58,104 nt of DNA from the NCBI GenBank assembly GCA_026025075.1, contig JAPEUI010000048.1, positions 62,001 to 120,104 on the forward strand, given 5' to 3'. Position numbers and translations under genes: made by a program. Shown here piece by piece: positions 48,095 through 58,104 of the stretch. Numbering within the stretch: position 1 is the stretch's first letter; every line of letters begins with the position of its first letter. A model generated the notes under the pieces. It did not search any database. It had not been told where the DNA came from and saw nothing but the letters and a program-made list of their open reading frames with translations. Source of the stretch: Vezdaea acicularis (taxonomy: Eukaryota).

Positions 48095-51000
48095 CTAATC
48101 AACATGCCCCACCTCCTCGCCCCCTTCCCTTCTAACCCGCTCCCGCTCCAGTTCCCTTTTCAACTCCTCATTCTCCATTCGTCCCTCCTCGAGTCTCTTC
48201 CGCGCACCGCTGCGATCGAGCAAGCGCGCCTCCCGCTCGGCTTTAAGTCGTTTCTCGAGCTCGCGCAGACGGAGGATCCAGCGCTGCTCGGCGGGATCGG
48301 TGGGGGAGGCGCCGTTATGCGGTTGTGCGAGTGACAGGGCGGAGAGGGAGGGGGTGGAGGAGACGGCGCTGGTGGAGTGGTGGCGGGTTAGGCCTGTGGA
48401 GGAGGGGACGGCGGTGAGGTTGGGGGAGGTGGTAGTGGTGGAGAGAGCGCGTTGGAGGGAGGGTTGGCCGAGGCTTTGCGGGAGGTTGTTGTCTTTGTCT
48501 GATGCTTTGGGGGTGGCGTCGAGGTCGGCGTTGTTATCGCTGGGTTTGGGGATTGCGGCTTTGGCGGCGTTTCGCGCTTCTTTGTCGCGTTTGTGGAGGA
48601 CGCCGAGTTCGGCCTTCAATAGTTTGTTCTCGCCCCGGAGCTTGACCACTTCTCCGGCGGGGCCGTCCTTGCTCATGCCCATCCGCCCAACCATGCCTTC
48701 CACGCGCTCCAGCTTCTTGAAGCGCAGCTCGACGCTGTGTTCGAGGCCCTGATACTCTTTCCATAATTCGCGCTCGACGGCTTTGACGCGCGTTTTGAAG
48801 CTATGCACGAGGCCCTCGACGGTCTTGAGGGCGAAGAGGAGGTTCTTGCTGAAGCCTGGTAGCATGTTGGCTACGACGTCGAGAGTGGGCAGGGCACGCC
48901 CGTTGACGAGGGAGTGGCTGCGCGCCCAGTCGGTGCCACAGAGGGTGGATAGGCGGTTCCAGAGTGCGAGGAGGAGGGTGTTGCGCTCGGCGAGCTGGTC
49001 GCGGAAGGAGTTTTCGAGGGCGGTGATGCGCTTGCGATCGCCCGCACGGGCGGACTCGAGCTCGGTGACCTTCGTCTCCTGCTGTGACAGGAAGCGGTGT
49101 GTTTGCTGCGAAACTTTCTGGATCTGGTCGCAGCGATGGTTATCGGCGCGGCGGGCGTGACGTTCTTTATCGAGGAGGTCGGACAGGCGGCGGGCTTCCA
49201 TGCTGCTGTTTTCGAGGAGCATATCGCGGTCCTTAAGAACACGCTCTTTCTCTGCCAGGGAGGATCGGGTCTGGTTGAGGTCGTTGAGCGTGTTATCTAG
49301 ATCACGCTGGATGCGCGTGACGCTCTTGATGAGCGAGGTTTTGTTGCTGGCGTGGTCGCCGAGGACGTCGCGGAGGGCGCCTTCGAGGTCTTTAAGACGC
49401 GCTTTCCATTCGGTAGCTTCGGTCTCGCGGATAGTGAGGTTCTTCTTCAGGCGGCGCGCGTCGTCCTTAGCGGCGGAGACTTGTAGGTTGAGTTCATTCA
49501 TGATGCGCTGCACTTCTTGCTTCTTTTCACTATCAACGACTCCGCGCTGATGACGCTCGCTGGAGAGACGATGCTCCAGGTCTTTCGCGCGCTCTTTCTC
49601 GTCAAGGAAGGCGGTGTCGGCGCGTTTCAGGGACGATTGAAGCTCGCCGATCTTGATCTTGTCGCCATCTTGCTCCTCACGGAGAAAGGCAATCTCACCC
49701 GACATGGACTCTTGCTGGACGGTAAGCCGCTCCACCTTCTTGTTGGCTTCCGTAAGACTCTGCCTCAAGCCCTGAACCTCGCGATTGGCGTCTTCTAGCT
49801 CTTGCTGAACGTGCTCGCGATCTCTGGTGTTGGCAGCATGATCGTCCTCGAGTCGCACTAGACTTTCGCTCATAGAGCGCATTTCTAATTGAAGAGCGTT
49901 AAAGTTCTCTTCCCGATTGGAGAGCTCGGTATCGAGATGTTGAAGCTCGTCCAGCTTCTGCTCGAGTTCGTCCTCAAGATTGTCGATTTCCCGCTGAGCT
50001 TCCTGCTTGAGCTCTTCGAATTCGCCTTCAAGCTGTTCACGAGCTTTCAGTGCTTCGTCTCGTTCGGCTTGCATGGTCTGGAGATCCTGAGTAGCAAGGT
50101 CCATATCAGCTTCGAATCCAGTGATAGCTTGCTCCATCTGGATTTTATCTTGGTCTGCCGCATCCATCTCGTCTAAACAGCTTTCTAGCTGTCGATTCAG
50201 CTCCTGGTTCTCAAGTTTGAGCTTCGAGATATGATCTCGTAAAACACCATTCTTATTCTCGTAGTCCTCTCGCTCTGCATCACTCATTTGAGTAGTACGT
50301 GTGGCACCACTTGCTCTGGATAATGATCTGTTGTGAGCGCGTGATGCAGAACGCTCAAATATGCTCTCTCCACCAATTGACCGTGCCCCCTCTGTATGTA
50401 AGAGGCCAAGCTTTACATCCTCTAGCTCTTGATAGAGGCGCTCTCTTTCTCGGTTGCGTGATGTGAGCATCGAAGTTTGTGCGCTGACTTCTCGCCGTAG
50501 CTCCTCATTTTCGTACCTGAGCTGCTCCACCAGAGTGCTACTAGCAGCGCTGTATGCGCCATTTCGTTCGTGGCTACGATCAGAACTGCCCGAAATGGAT
50601 CGAGACGACATGTGATTTTTCCTGCTGGAGTTGTGAGTGTTCCCTGGGCGACTGCCGGTTGCCTCGTTCTTAAGACGCCAGATCTCATCGCGAAGGTTCT
50701 GATTCTCTTCTTCTGTTTGTTCCCGGCTTCTTGTCTCGGTCTCAAGCAATGCACGCCATGAGTCTGTCTCTTCTCGGGCTATTTCAAAGTCGCCACCTCG
50801 TCTTTCACCTAGGTTCTTTACGACTTCGGCGAACCGTCTTTTCTCCCCTTCTCGGATGACTGCTTCGTTCCTGAGCCTTTCAACTTCGACCTCGTAAGTT
50901 TCAACTCGCTCCCTCCAATATGATATGGTTTCCTCTACTTCTCGAGCATCACGATCCATCGATGTAGAGCTTCTGGGAGCGTCTGAGGTAACTACCGCAC

Positions 51001-52738
51001 CATCCTCGCTCTCCTTTAATTTTTTCTCGAGATCCCGTACCTGGCGCCGGAGCGATTTCATCTCCTTGGTCATGTGGACAAGGGTCGCTTTGAGCTCGAC
51101 GTTCTCTGAGACCATCTCTTTTATGCCCTCTTCGGATCTCTTGTCCAAGGCTAGTCCAAGATGGAAGATCTTCAGCTTTAGGTCAAAGTTCTCTTTCGTC
51201 AGTCGATCGATGGTGCTGCTTTGCTCTTTTAGTGTTAAATTACTTTTGCTTCCCCGACTAGGGGTTGGAACTGCTTTGCCAAAACGCTTCCCTGGTGATG
51301 GAGGCCGATTTTTCTTCCGATACTCTCTCGCTACGGATTCTGGTACTTGGATGTTCCTCACTCGCTGAGCTATGATTGTGTCTGTCGGAGCTGTCAGGGT
51401 TCGACTTGTAGCCCTCGGTGTCTCCATCGTCGATGACCCAAGGCCATTTTCAGTATTGACACCTTCTGATTCGTCGGTTCTAGGCCCTCTATCTTCTTCG
51501 TCTAACGGAGTTAAATTCCTTTCGCCCGTCGAAGCAGTTATTCCAGACGTGCCACTGAAGTTTCTCCGCTCGTTGTTATCCCCAAGATTCGAGATACCGG
51601 ATGCAATACTCCCAAGGCTTGTAGAACGGGAGAGTTCAAAACTATGCCCACCCAGTGAACTATTTGTAGGAACCGCACCACCAGACTGTAGAGCGTAATC
51701 GGCGCCGAGGGTGATGTCGCTTGCAGCATCTGTAGATGTGTTCGTCACGAAGGAAGAGCCTGAAGATCGTTGACTTGCATGTCGATTGCGCAAGTACTTT
51801 GGGCGTCTGCCAGATTTTAAAGAGCGAGCTCCGTTGTTGTCTAGTTCTGCTGCGTCGTCTGTATCGTCTATTCCTGCATCAGATCCTTGAGCTTGTGTGC
51901 TAGACTTCGAAGGACTCTCTGCCGATGACATGGCAGTGGAGGTAGTATCCTTGGCTTTGCGTGGTGTAGTCTCTTGTTCATCCTCTTGATCCCGCATTAT
52001 ATCGTCCTCTGGACTTCTCAGTCTTCTCTCCGGGCTGCGGTCATCCGCCGTCTCATAACCTCCTACGGTAGCCATTGAGACAGCTCGAGATATTGTTCTC
52101 GCAGCTGCAGCGGCTGTCGGCGAAGATGACATGTTCTCAAGAGACGAAGTGTTGTCGCTTGTGTGGATATCAGATATGGAACGGCCTCTTGGGGAATCGT
52201 CCCGTGTTGGTGCTGGCGTTTTATAGATGCTCGGAGGCGTCCCCGCACCATCTGATACTTGACTTGACTCTTCCTCAATCGTCTCCTTCTCCTTGCCTCC
52301 CAAGCCCTTGTTCGCGCCTTTCCTCTGTCGGTTCGAATATGACGGGAGCATCGAGTCGCCCTCTGCACCAAAGAGCAAGGAGTCGTCTACCCCAGTGCCT
52401 CCACCACCCGGACCTAAGACTGATGGCTCTGGAAGGAAGCTTGACTCTATGTCCATCAACTGCTTTCTCATTTCTCGCTCATCCAGTGTCTCTGTACCAT
52501 CGGGTCTAAGCCCACCGACTTCGCTTGACGCATGTAGGAGACTGCTGTCGCCATTTGGCAGAGGTGGTAAGGATGAGTTCGCAAAGACTGAGGGAGCATT
52601 GTCATGTATGCTTTCCGAGTGTTCGAAGCTTGCGTGATGCGGCGATGGTGGTTCATCATCGTCGAAGCTACCGGGAATTTTCTGCGACTCTCTTCTGACC
52701 GTTGACGCGGCCGAAGACGATGTCTGCAAAGGGTCCAT
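48095..52738 (-). CDS. apsB: ApsB/Mto1 gamma-tubulin receptor (CM1 motif, long coiled coil, C-terminal targeting motif)
   Basis: CM1 motif LTLKEQSSTIDRLTKENFDLKLKIFHL, EVSAQTSMLTSRNRERERLYQE, ERNTLLLALWNRLS and WILRLRELEKRLKAEREARLLDRSGA. First ATG at 52738. Confidence 0.93.
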   Translation of the reverse strand: MDPLQTSSSAASTVRRESQKIPGSFDDDEPPSPHHASFEHSESIHDNAPSVFANSSLPPLPNGDSSLLHASSEVGGLRPDGTETLDEREMRKQLMDIESSFLPEPSVLGPGGGGTGVDDSLLFGAEGDSMLPSYSNRQRKGANKGLGGKEKETIEEESSQVSDGAGTPPSIYKTPAPTRDDSPRGRSISDIHTSDNTSSLENMSSSPTAAAAARTISRAVSMATVGGYETADDRSPERRLRSPEDDIMRDQEDEQETTPRKAKDTTSTAMSSAESPSKSSTQAQGSDAGIDDTDDAAELDNNGARSLKSGRRPKYLRNRHASQRSSGSSFVTNTSTDAASDITLGADYALQSGGAVPTNSSLGGHSFELSRSTSLGSIASGISNLGDNNERRNFSGTSGITASTGERNLTPLDEEDRGPRTDESEGVNTENGLGSSTMETPRATSRTLTAPTDTIIAQRVRNIQVPESVAREYRKKNRPPSPGKRFGKAVPTPSRGSKSNLTLKEQSSTIDRLTKENFDLKLKIFHLGLALDKRSEEGIKEMVSENVELKATLVHMTKEMKSLRRQVRDLEKKLKESEDGAVVTSDAPRSSTSMDRDAREVEETISYWRERVETYEVEVERLRNEAVIREGEKRRFAEVVKNLGERRGGDFEIAREETDSWRALLETETRSREQTEEENQNLRDEIWRLKNEATGSRPGNTHNSSRKNHMSSRSISGSSDRSHERNGAYSAASSTLVEQLRYENEELRREVSAQTSMLTSRNRERERLYQELEDVKLGLLHTEGARSIGGESIFERSASRAHNRSLSRASGATRTTQMSDAEREDYENKNGVLRDHISKLKLENQELNRQLESCLDEMDAADQDKIQMEQAITGFEADMDLATQDLQTMQAERDEALKAREQLEGEFEELKQEAQREIDNLEDELEQKLDELQHLDTELSNREENFNALQLEMRSMSESLVRLEDDHAANTRDREHVQQELEDANREVQGLRQSLTEANKKVERLTVQQESMSGEIAFLREEQDGDKIKIGELQSSLKRADTAFLDEKERAKDLEHRLSSERHQRGVVDSEKKQEVQRIMNELNLQVSAAKDDARRLKKNLTIRETEATEWKARLKDLEGALRDVLGDHASNKTSLIKSVTRIQRDLDNTLNDLNQTRSSLAEKERVLKDRDMLLENSSMEARRLSDLLDKERHARRADNHRCDQIQKVSQQTHRFLSQQETKVTELESARAGDRKRITALENSFRDQLAERNTLLLALWNRLSTLCGTDWARSHSLVNGRALPTLDVVANMLPGFSKNLLFALKTVEGLVHSFKTRVKAVERELWKEYQGLEHSVELRFKKLERVEGMVGRMGMSKDGPAGEVVKLRGENKLLKAELGVLHKRDKEARNAAKAAIPKPSDNNADLDATPKASDKDNNLPQSLGQPSLQRALSTTTTSPNLTAVPSSTGLTRHHSTSAVSSTPSLSALSLAQPHNGASPTDPAEQRWILRLRELEKRLKAEREARLLDRSGARKRLEEGRMENEELKRELERERVRREGGEEVGHVD

Positions 52739-53557
52739 GACGGCGCCTTTGGCAAAGTCTATCGGTGCAGACGCGTCCCGTATATATCTGGGCTCGTCAG
52801 ATGACGGGACGTCTATAACCTCATCGAGATGTCGCAGGGTTGGCGAAGGGAATTGACGCGTGATCTGCGAGTCCCGAGTCCAGTGAGCTCGCGAAAGTTG
52901 GGGAAGGAAACGTGGGATTGCAACCACGGAATATGAGGTAGTAGCGTATTTACTCCGCCACAACACTCAATCAACGAGTCGAACCGTGTCCAAGGGTGTT
53001 GCGCAATTTCGTCGAGTTCATCAGTGTCGTACGATGTTCAGCGTGTTTATGGTTGAGAGGGGCCGCACCAGCTGATAGTCTTAGCGGTTTGTTTTGACAT
53101 CAGGGGCTTTCGCTGTTTTTTCGCTTAACTTTTCGGGCGCCCCGCTTGGCTTTATCACCTCCTTCTAGGTGCCTTCTCGAAGGGGAGTCTTCTGCGCCTG
53201 TTGCAACGTCCGTTACAGGTGACCTTTGGCAGATCTAGAAGACCCCTGCCCTTTGCATTTGGCCTCACATTTATCACATGTTCGTGCCCCGAAAAGCCGT
53301 CGTCCTTTCAACTGCCTCAAAATTGCTGAACATGACATACTCAAACATGCATTTTACACAAGTAAAGGACTGATTTATGTTCTGTCAGTACGCACATCCA
53401 AAATCAAAAAGTGACGCCTCTGCTGCTAGTCAGCATTCCGTATATCGATGGGGCTAATCACGTGTGGCGGGGCCATAATCAAGCTTCCCTAGCGTAACGC
53501 GGGGTAGGGATCGTGCAAGCGTTGCCGAGATTCTTATGGTGTCGGCTGCCCGCATCC

Positions 53558-55233
53558 ATGCTTTATTCTCGACCTCACCTTTCGCTCTTGCCAAATGCAC
53601 TCCTAATGATCATGGAGACAACCAAGGAGACAACGAATGGATCGCCTATAGGCAGAGAGCAGTCCGGTGAATCAACATCACGAAAGAGCAGTTTGTGGTC
53701 GACCACTGCGCTCGCATCGAGGCTTCGACGAAATAGCTCCCAGGCTTCTCCTGACGCCGAGGGCGATGACTCACCGGGAAAGAGCCCGGTCAATGAATCG
53801 TCGAGGCGACCAAGCTTGGCTCCAAGTATAGCTAGTAACAAGTCTATGTCAAGGATAGCACGCCTACGGAGCATCGGATCTATAGCATCTCGTAAAGCGA
53901 GCCTTCATTCCCCTCCACCACCGTGAATCTTCCCATCCCACCTAATCCTATATCCCTGACCTTCAATAGGAATACATCAAGAGCTCTTCTCCTCACTCTG
54001 CCGAATGAACTTCTAATACAAATCCTAGTAGAGTTGGACATACAGGATCTATATGTCCTTCGTCGCACAAGTCAGATCCTTCTCAATCTTGTCTCCCTCC
54101 TGCAAAGGGATATTGTCCAACATCATGTCAGGCACCGTTTGGAGCCACTGGTGCTCCAGCTCTATCCACCGCCGTCCCCAGAAAACATGACGATTGGCTA
54201 CTTAGCAGGCATTGAGCACCGAAGACTAGTCAGCAAGCGACTGGCAAACCATGTGGCTGATTACGTTAGAGATGAGATCTACCAGAGCTCCTCTAGGAGA
54301 CGAAAGCGAATGTTCGAGGCAAGACAGGAGACCCTGCGTCGACAGATGTTTCTGCCGATCTTCATCATTTTCCACTTTCTGGAGAATCTTCGACAAGTCC
54401 ACATCGACCACAAACGAGCTCTGATGAAAGCAATAACTTGCAATCATAACCATCATGATGAACTTGATGAGTCACTGTACTTCCGCTGTGAGGCATCTTT
54501 GTGCTGCATAGATACGACCATCTATCCATCCGACATCCCTCTGGAATTTCAGTATATGCGTTTGGAAGGGTCTGTTCTGGAAAAATATGAAGCAGCTACG
54601 TTGTTAGCGGCAACACATATGTTCACTCTGCTGAAGCAGGCCCTAGAACGATGGTGGAGGCCACCAAGCTATGCGGGCAGAATTGAACGGACATTGCGTG
54701 CCATGCCGACCTCAGCTCCAGCGCCCCGTGCGTTCGTATCACTGCTAGCACTGGGAGGGCTGAGAGAGGTGGAAAGGACATGGCGCCCGAATAGTGTGAT
54801 CAAGCGGAGAAAATTCCTCGACCAGACAGTGGAGAGATTGCAGTGTACCGATGCCAGCAAGTGGGACGAGGAAACGCATCGTTGGGCAAAGAACCCAGAC
54901 TTTCCGATGCCGCCGATTACTTTTCCCGGACGGATGTGCGTGCACTTCTCGAGCTTGTGGCATGATGCAGCCATGATGAGGCTGAAGTGGTTTGTGGGAA
55001 ATGGTGATATCAAGGAAGAGGACAGGAAGATGTCTTACATGGCTTTCATCTCTCGAATGCTCAAATGCAAGGTATTGAGCGATGATGAGGAAGGCGGAGG
55101 GAGTACGCAAGATGGGGAGCTTAATGAAGAAGATGGGAATTCGGGGGAGGGGGAGGAGGAAGAAGATGATGATGATGAGGAGGAGGAGCAGGAGGAGGGT
55201 GAGCAGCTTCCTCCCGGTACGTCCTGGTACTGA
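53558..55233 (+). CDS. F-box protein with acidic C-terminal tail
   Basis: Intron 53923-53969 (GTGAAT..CCTGAC..TAG) fuses the two ORFs in frame. F-box LLTLPNELLIQILVELDIQDLYVLRRTS. The start could instead be ATG 53606 or 53612. Confidence 0.8.
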
Positions 55234-55602
55234 AGGTGAGCCGCTACTGTGCACTCCATAACGCCCCACCAAGACCTTAGAGAGCGATGCCTGGTTACGG
55301 TGACTGCTAGCACCGTCACCGGTCGTCTCAACTCCACCGTGCAACGCTGTGTGACGATCGAGGCAGCATTGCAGAAGTGCCGCAAAGGATACCGAGGTCG
55401 AATGGAGAGGTAAATATGTTTGCAACTGATAGTTGAAGCCACCGGGAATTTAAAAGTCTCAGGCGTGGCGCTAAGTACGGCAGGCTTTCTTGGCGATGCT
55501 TAGGTCCCCATTGGACGTGGCGGCCAGGACGCGGCGTCCGTGCTGGGAGGAAGCAGCGTTATCCCTCAGCAGCCATCCCTCGCTCGCTTACGTCGTCGGG
55601 TC

Positions 55603-55697
55603 CATCGGGCATCGCGTGGGCATCGCATGGCATCGCATGAACGGAACCGCCGTTCTGCTGAGCTGGGGATCTGGGATTCGGGATTCGGGGATACGGG
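55603..55697 (+). repeat. Short imperfect tandem repeats, (CATCGCRTGG)-like and (GGGATTC)-like
   Basis: Seen directly: catcggg catcgcgtggg catcgcatgg catcgcatg, and gggg atct ggg attc ggg attc gggg atac ggg. Confidence 0.7.
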
Positions 55698-56834
55698 ATG
55701 GTACGACAGTACGAATGGTTATGGCTGGTAGGGCGTAGATGAGTGGCCCGGGATAAATACCCTGCATATAGCAGCCGTGGATCTCGAACCCAGGGCTCGA
55801 AGATGGCGTCGCTACGTTTCAGGATCGCCTCGGCTCAAGAAACTCAGAATAGTTACTTCGTACATCGCTTTCTCCGCGCTCTGCTGGACGTCCTCTTAGA
55901 AGCCGCGATCGGACCGTGATATCTACCGCTCGTTCGAGGGTTGACCTTAGCCGCATCCACCGTCCTGGCGGCGCAATGGAAGCCCTGCCAAGGCGCGAGC
56001 TTGTTTGCTGCTAAGTCGAGGGCAGGGAATGCCAGCGGACCGCGACCATTCCCTTCACACAACCCACCTTCTCATCCTCAACAAAAGACAAGATATCCGC
56101 CTTCCTCGAGCCCGTTTGGCCGTCGCTCCTTGGCGATTCCGCGCGATTGGCAGCCATGCCTGAGCGACGCGCATTCCCATCGCCAATCGAAGTGGACAGG
56201 TCGGACGGCCATCGGCAAATGACGGAGGGGTCGGGGGGGGGGGGGACGACAGGGCAAGTGGTGCAACGACAGAGCCAGCGAGAGCGTCAGGAATGCGGCA
56301 GTCCAAGGACGCAATAAGTATCTGCCAACATATCCATGGGCCCATCGTCTTTCGCATCCTTCCATCACGCTTCCCCCGTCGACTTCGATCAGCATCCTTG
56401 CTCGTCCACGCGCTGGCCCGTCTGTGCGTTCGCGGGAGGATTCGTAGTCCCGTTTGCGATCGATTATCATGTCGCATGTAGAATCGACGAAGCCGCGAGC
56501 AGCACGCTCTTGCGACCGCCCCTCTTAATTGCGCCCGCGACCCTCCTTTGGCGCGCTGCCTGCTGCCTCGTATGCCCTCAGCAGCATCCTCTGTATTCGT
56601 AATTCGTAATTCTGGCGACGCCTAATCTTCTCTCTGGCCGGACGCCCCTCTTCACTTGGGCACCTCTCGGACGCATCCGAAGACCGTCATATGCGGCGCC
56701 CTTCTCGCCGTTACACCGTCACAAGCCGATAGAGGCGCGAAAGTGCCACACCGCCAACTCACCACTTAATTGTGGTGTCAGCTCCTCATCGTGCGATCGA
56801 TGGTCGAGGACGACAAGGCGGTCGGCATATGACA

Positions 56835-58104
56835 ATGGACTTTATAGTAAGTGGCTGCCCATCCCTCAATCGCGGGGTATTGTTTTGGTGCGCTGAGAGC
56901 TCGCTTTCCAAGATCTGCCCGCAATGCAACTGCCATGTTTACGCCCAGAGCAGAGGCAGCAGAGGCAGCCTCCTCTCAATCTTAGGCGACTTGGATGCTG
57001 ACAAGGGCTTTCTACTAGATCTCTCTTGCTCACTTCTGCGAATTGCACGGTCCCACTTCGATCTTCTCCACCCAGGTCCAACCATCGCGGTGCCTGACCT
57101 GCTCTCCACCGAGGTCGAATGAATCGACACCTCCGCAGACCTCTGCAGGCCCCGTCCTGCCCGAACAAAATGAACTTCAACAGCACCGTTCGAACAGCGA
57201 GCCCATCTCGCGTGCACACTCGTTCTCGCGGCGTACAGAACCTCTGCCCGAACAGAAGTCGGGGCTGCTCAACCGGAACCTGGAAAAGTCACAATACAAC
57301 CAGCTCCAAGCAAACGAAACAGCTGTGATTTCGCCACTGGAAACACCGCCAATGAGTCCTCGAGGACCTGGCCCGTCAGAAGTGCTCCACGTAGGAAGCC
57401 TGGACCACGACTCCCTCCGCAGACCCACCAGCTCCAACTCAGAAACCTGCCTCAACTGCTCAATGTCCCTCCCCAAGGGCGTCAGCGAACAGATACCAGA
57501 CGGCCTTCCCGGAAGCCCGACCAAAGACGGCAAAGGCAAGAACGGCAGCCCCGTCCTCCGCACCAAAGACGTCTTCCTCTCCAGCACCAAACTCGGCTCC
57601 AGCAGCTCGTCCTCCTCCGCCTCCGACTCCCCCAAATCCCCACAAAGCTCCCTCCACCACAGAACCAAGCCCAGCAGGGAATCTCTCCGTTCAGCCACCT
57701 CCACCTCCTCCTCATCCACCTCCCTCAACCCGCAATCCGCCTCCCGCTTCTCCACCGCCACAAACGCCACCATCACGCCCCTCACCCTCCCCTCCGCCCA
57801 ACCCCACCCCCACTCCCTCACCTACCTCACCACCTCCTCCCCCCCCAACCCCCCCACCTACTCCCTCCTGCGCCGCTCCATCATCCGCACCCTCTCCTGC
57901 GAGCTCCTCCCGCACAACACCTCCTCCGGCCCCCTCGTCTTCGGCGACCGCACCACCGGCTCCACCATCGCCTTCGTCTTCCGCCTCCCCGACGCCCGCG
58001 CCCGCCACCGCGGCCGCAAACGCATCTACGCCCTCTTACTCGTCGGCCGCGAAGAGTCCCGGACCATGCGCGTCGCCGGCTGGGTTCTCCGGCGCTTCGA
58101 ACGC
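56835..58104 (+). CDS. LST7: Folliculin/Lst7 homolog; runs off the right edge and is absent from the ORF track
   Basis: Exon MDFI (56835-56846), intron 56847-57018 (GTAAGT..GCTGAC..TAG), then ISLAHFCELHGPTSIFSTQ and later YSLLRRSIIRTLSCE...GPLVFGD...FRLPDARAR. Confidence 0.92.

Noticed and set aside
55775..55802. GGTTCGAGATCC on the minus strand as a tRNA T-loop or B-box
   Set aside because: The T-stem does not pair and no cloverleaf or A-box can be built.
1..58104. Numerous antisense and alternate-frame ORFs in the track (for example inside apsB, SGD1, dim-2 and folliculin)
   Set aside because: They are shadows of real genes caused by codon bias and low complexity. No CRISPR array, rRNA, tRNA or intact transposase was seen in the window.

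Overview
A gene-dense 58-kb segment of a filamentous ascomycete (Pezizomycotina) nuclear genome. Evidence for that assignment: short GT-AG introns of about 47-60 nt with CTRAC/CTRAT branch sites, and a DIM-2-type methyltransferase. About 22 protein genes are supportable, in order: RNA14 (3' end cut by the window edge), ASF1, SRO7/tomosyn, eIF2A, a conserved hypothetical, a PB1...UBA-like protein, a KDM3/JMJD1-type JmjC demethylase, a C-factor-like SDR, LPD1, SGD1, SRP14, a GBP2/HRB1-like SR-RRM protein, COQ9, CMR1/WDR76, an Mtf2-like protein, DIM-2, HSP12, a NYN/PIN protein, ApsB/Mto1, an F-box protein and folliculin/LST7 (cut by the window edge). SRP14, HSP12 and folliculin are missing or fragmented in the ORF track. 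The most notable points are: (1) an intact animal/plant-style KDM3 H3K9-demethylase gene flanked by gene-like debris; (2) DIM-2 overlapping the Mtf2-like CDS antisense by 258 nt; (3) a ~0.9-kb island of about 15-20% GC whose dinucleotides do not fit classical CpA RIP; (4) a compact three-hairpin RNA-like element; (5) splicing oddities, including an 8-nt micro-exon and an in-frame stop-free intron. Family names come from recognising motifs by eye, not from database searches, and exon models were built by hand.
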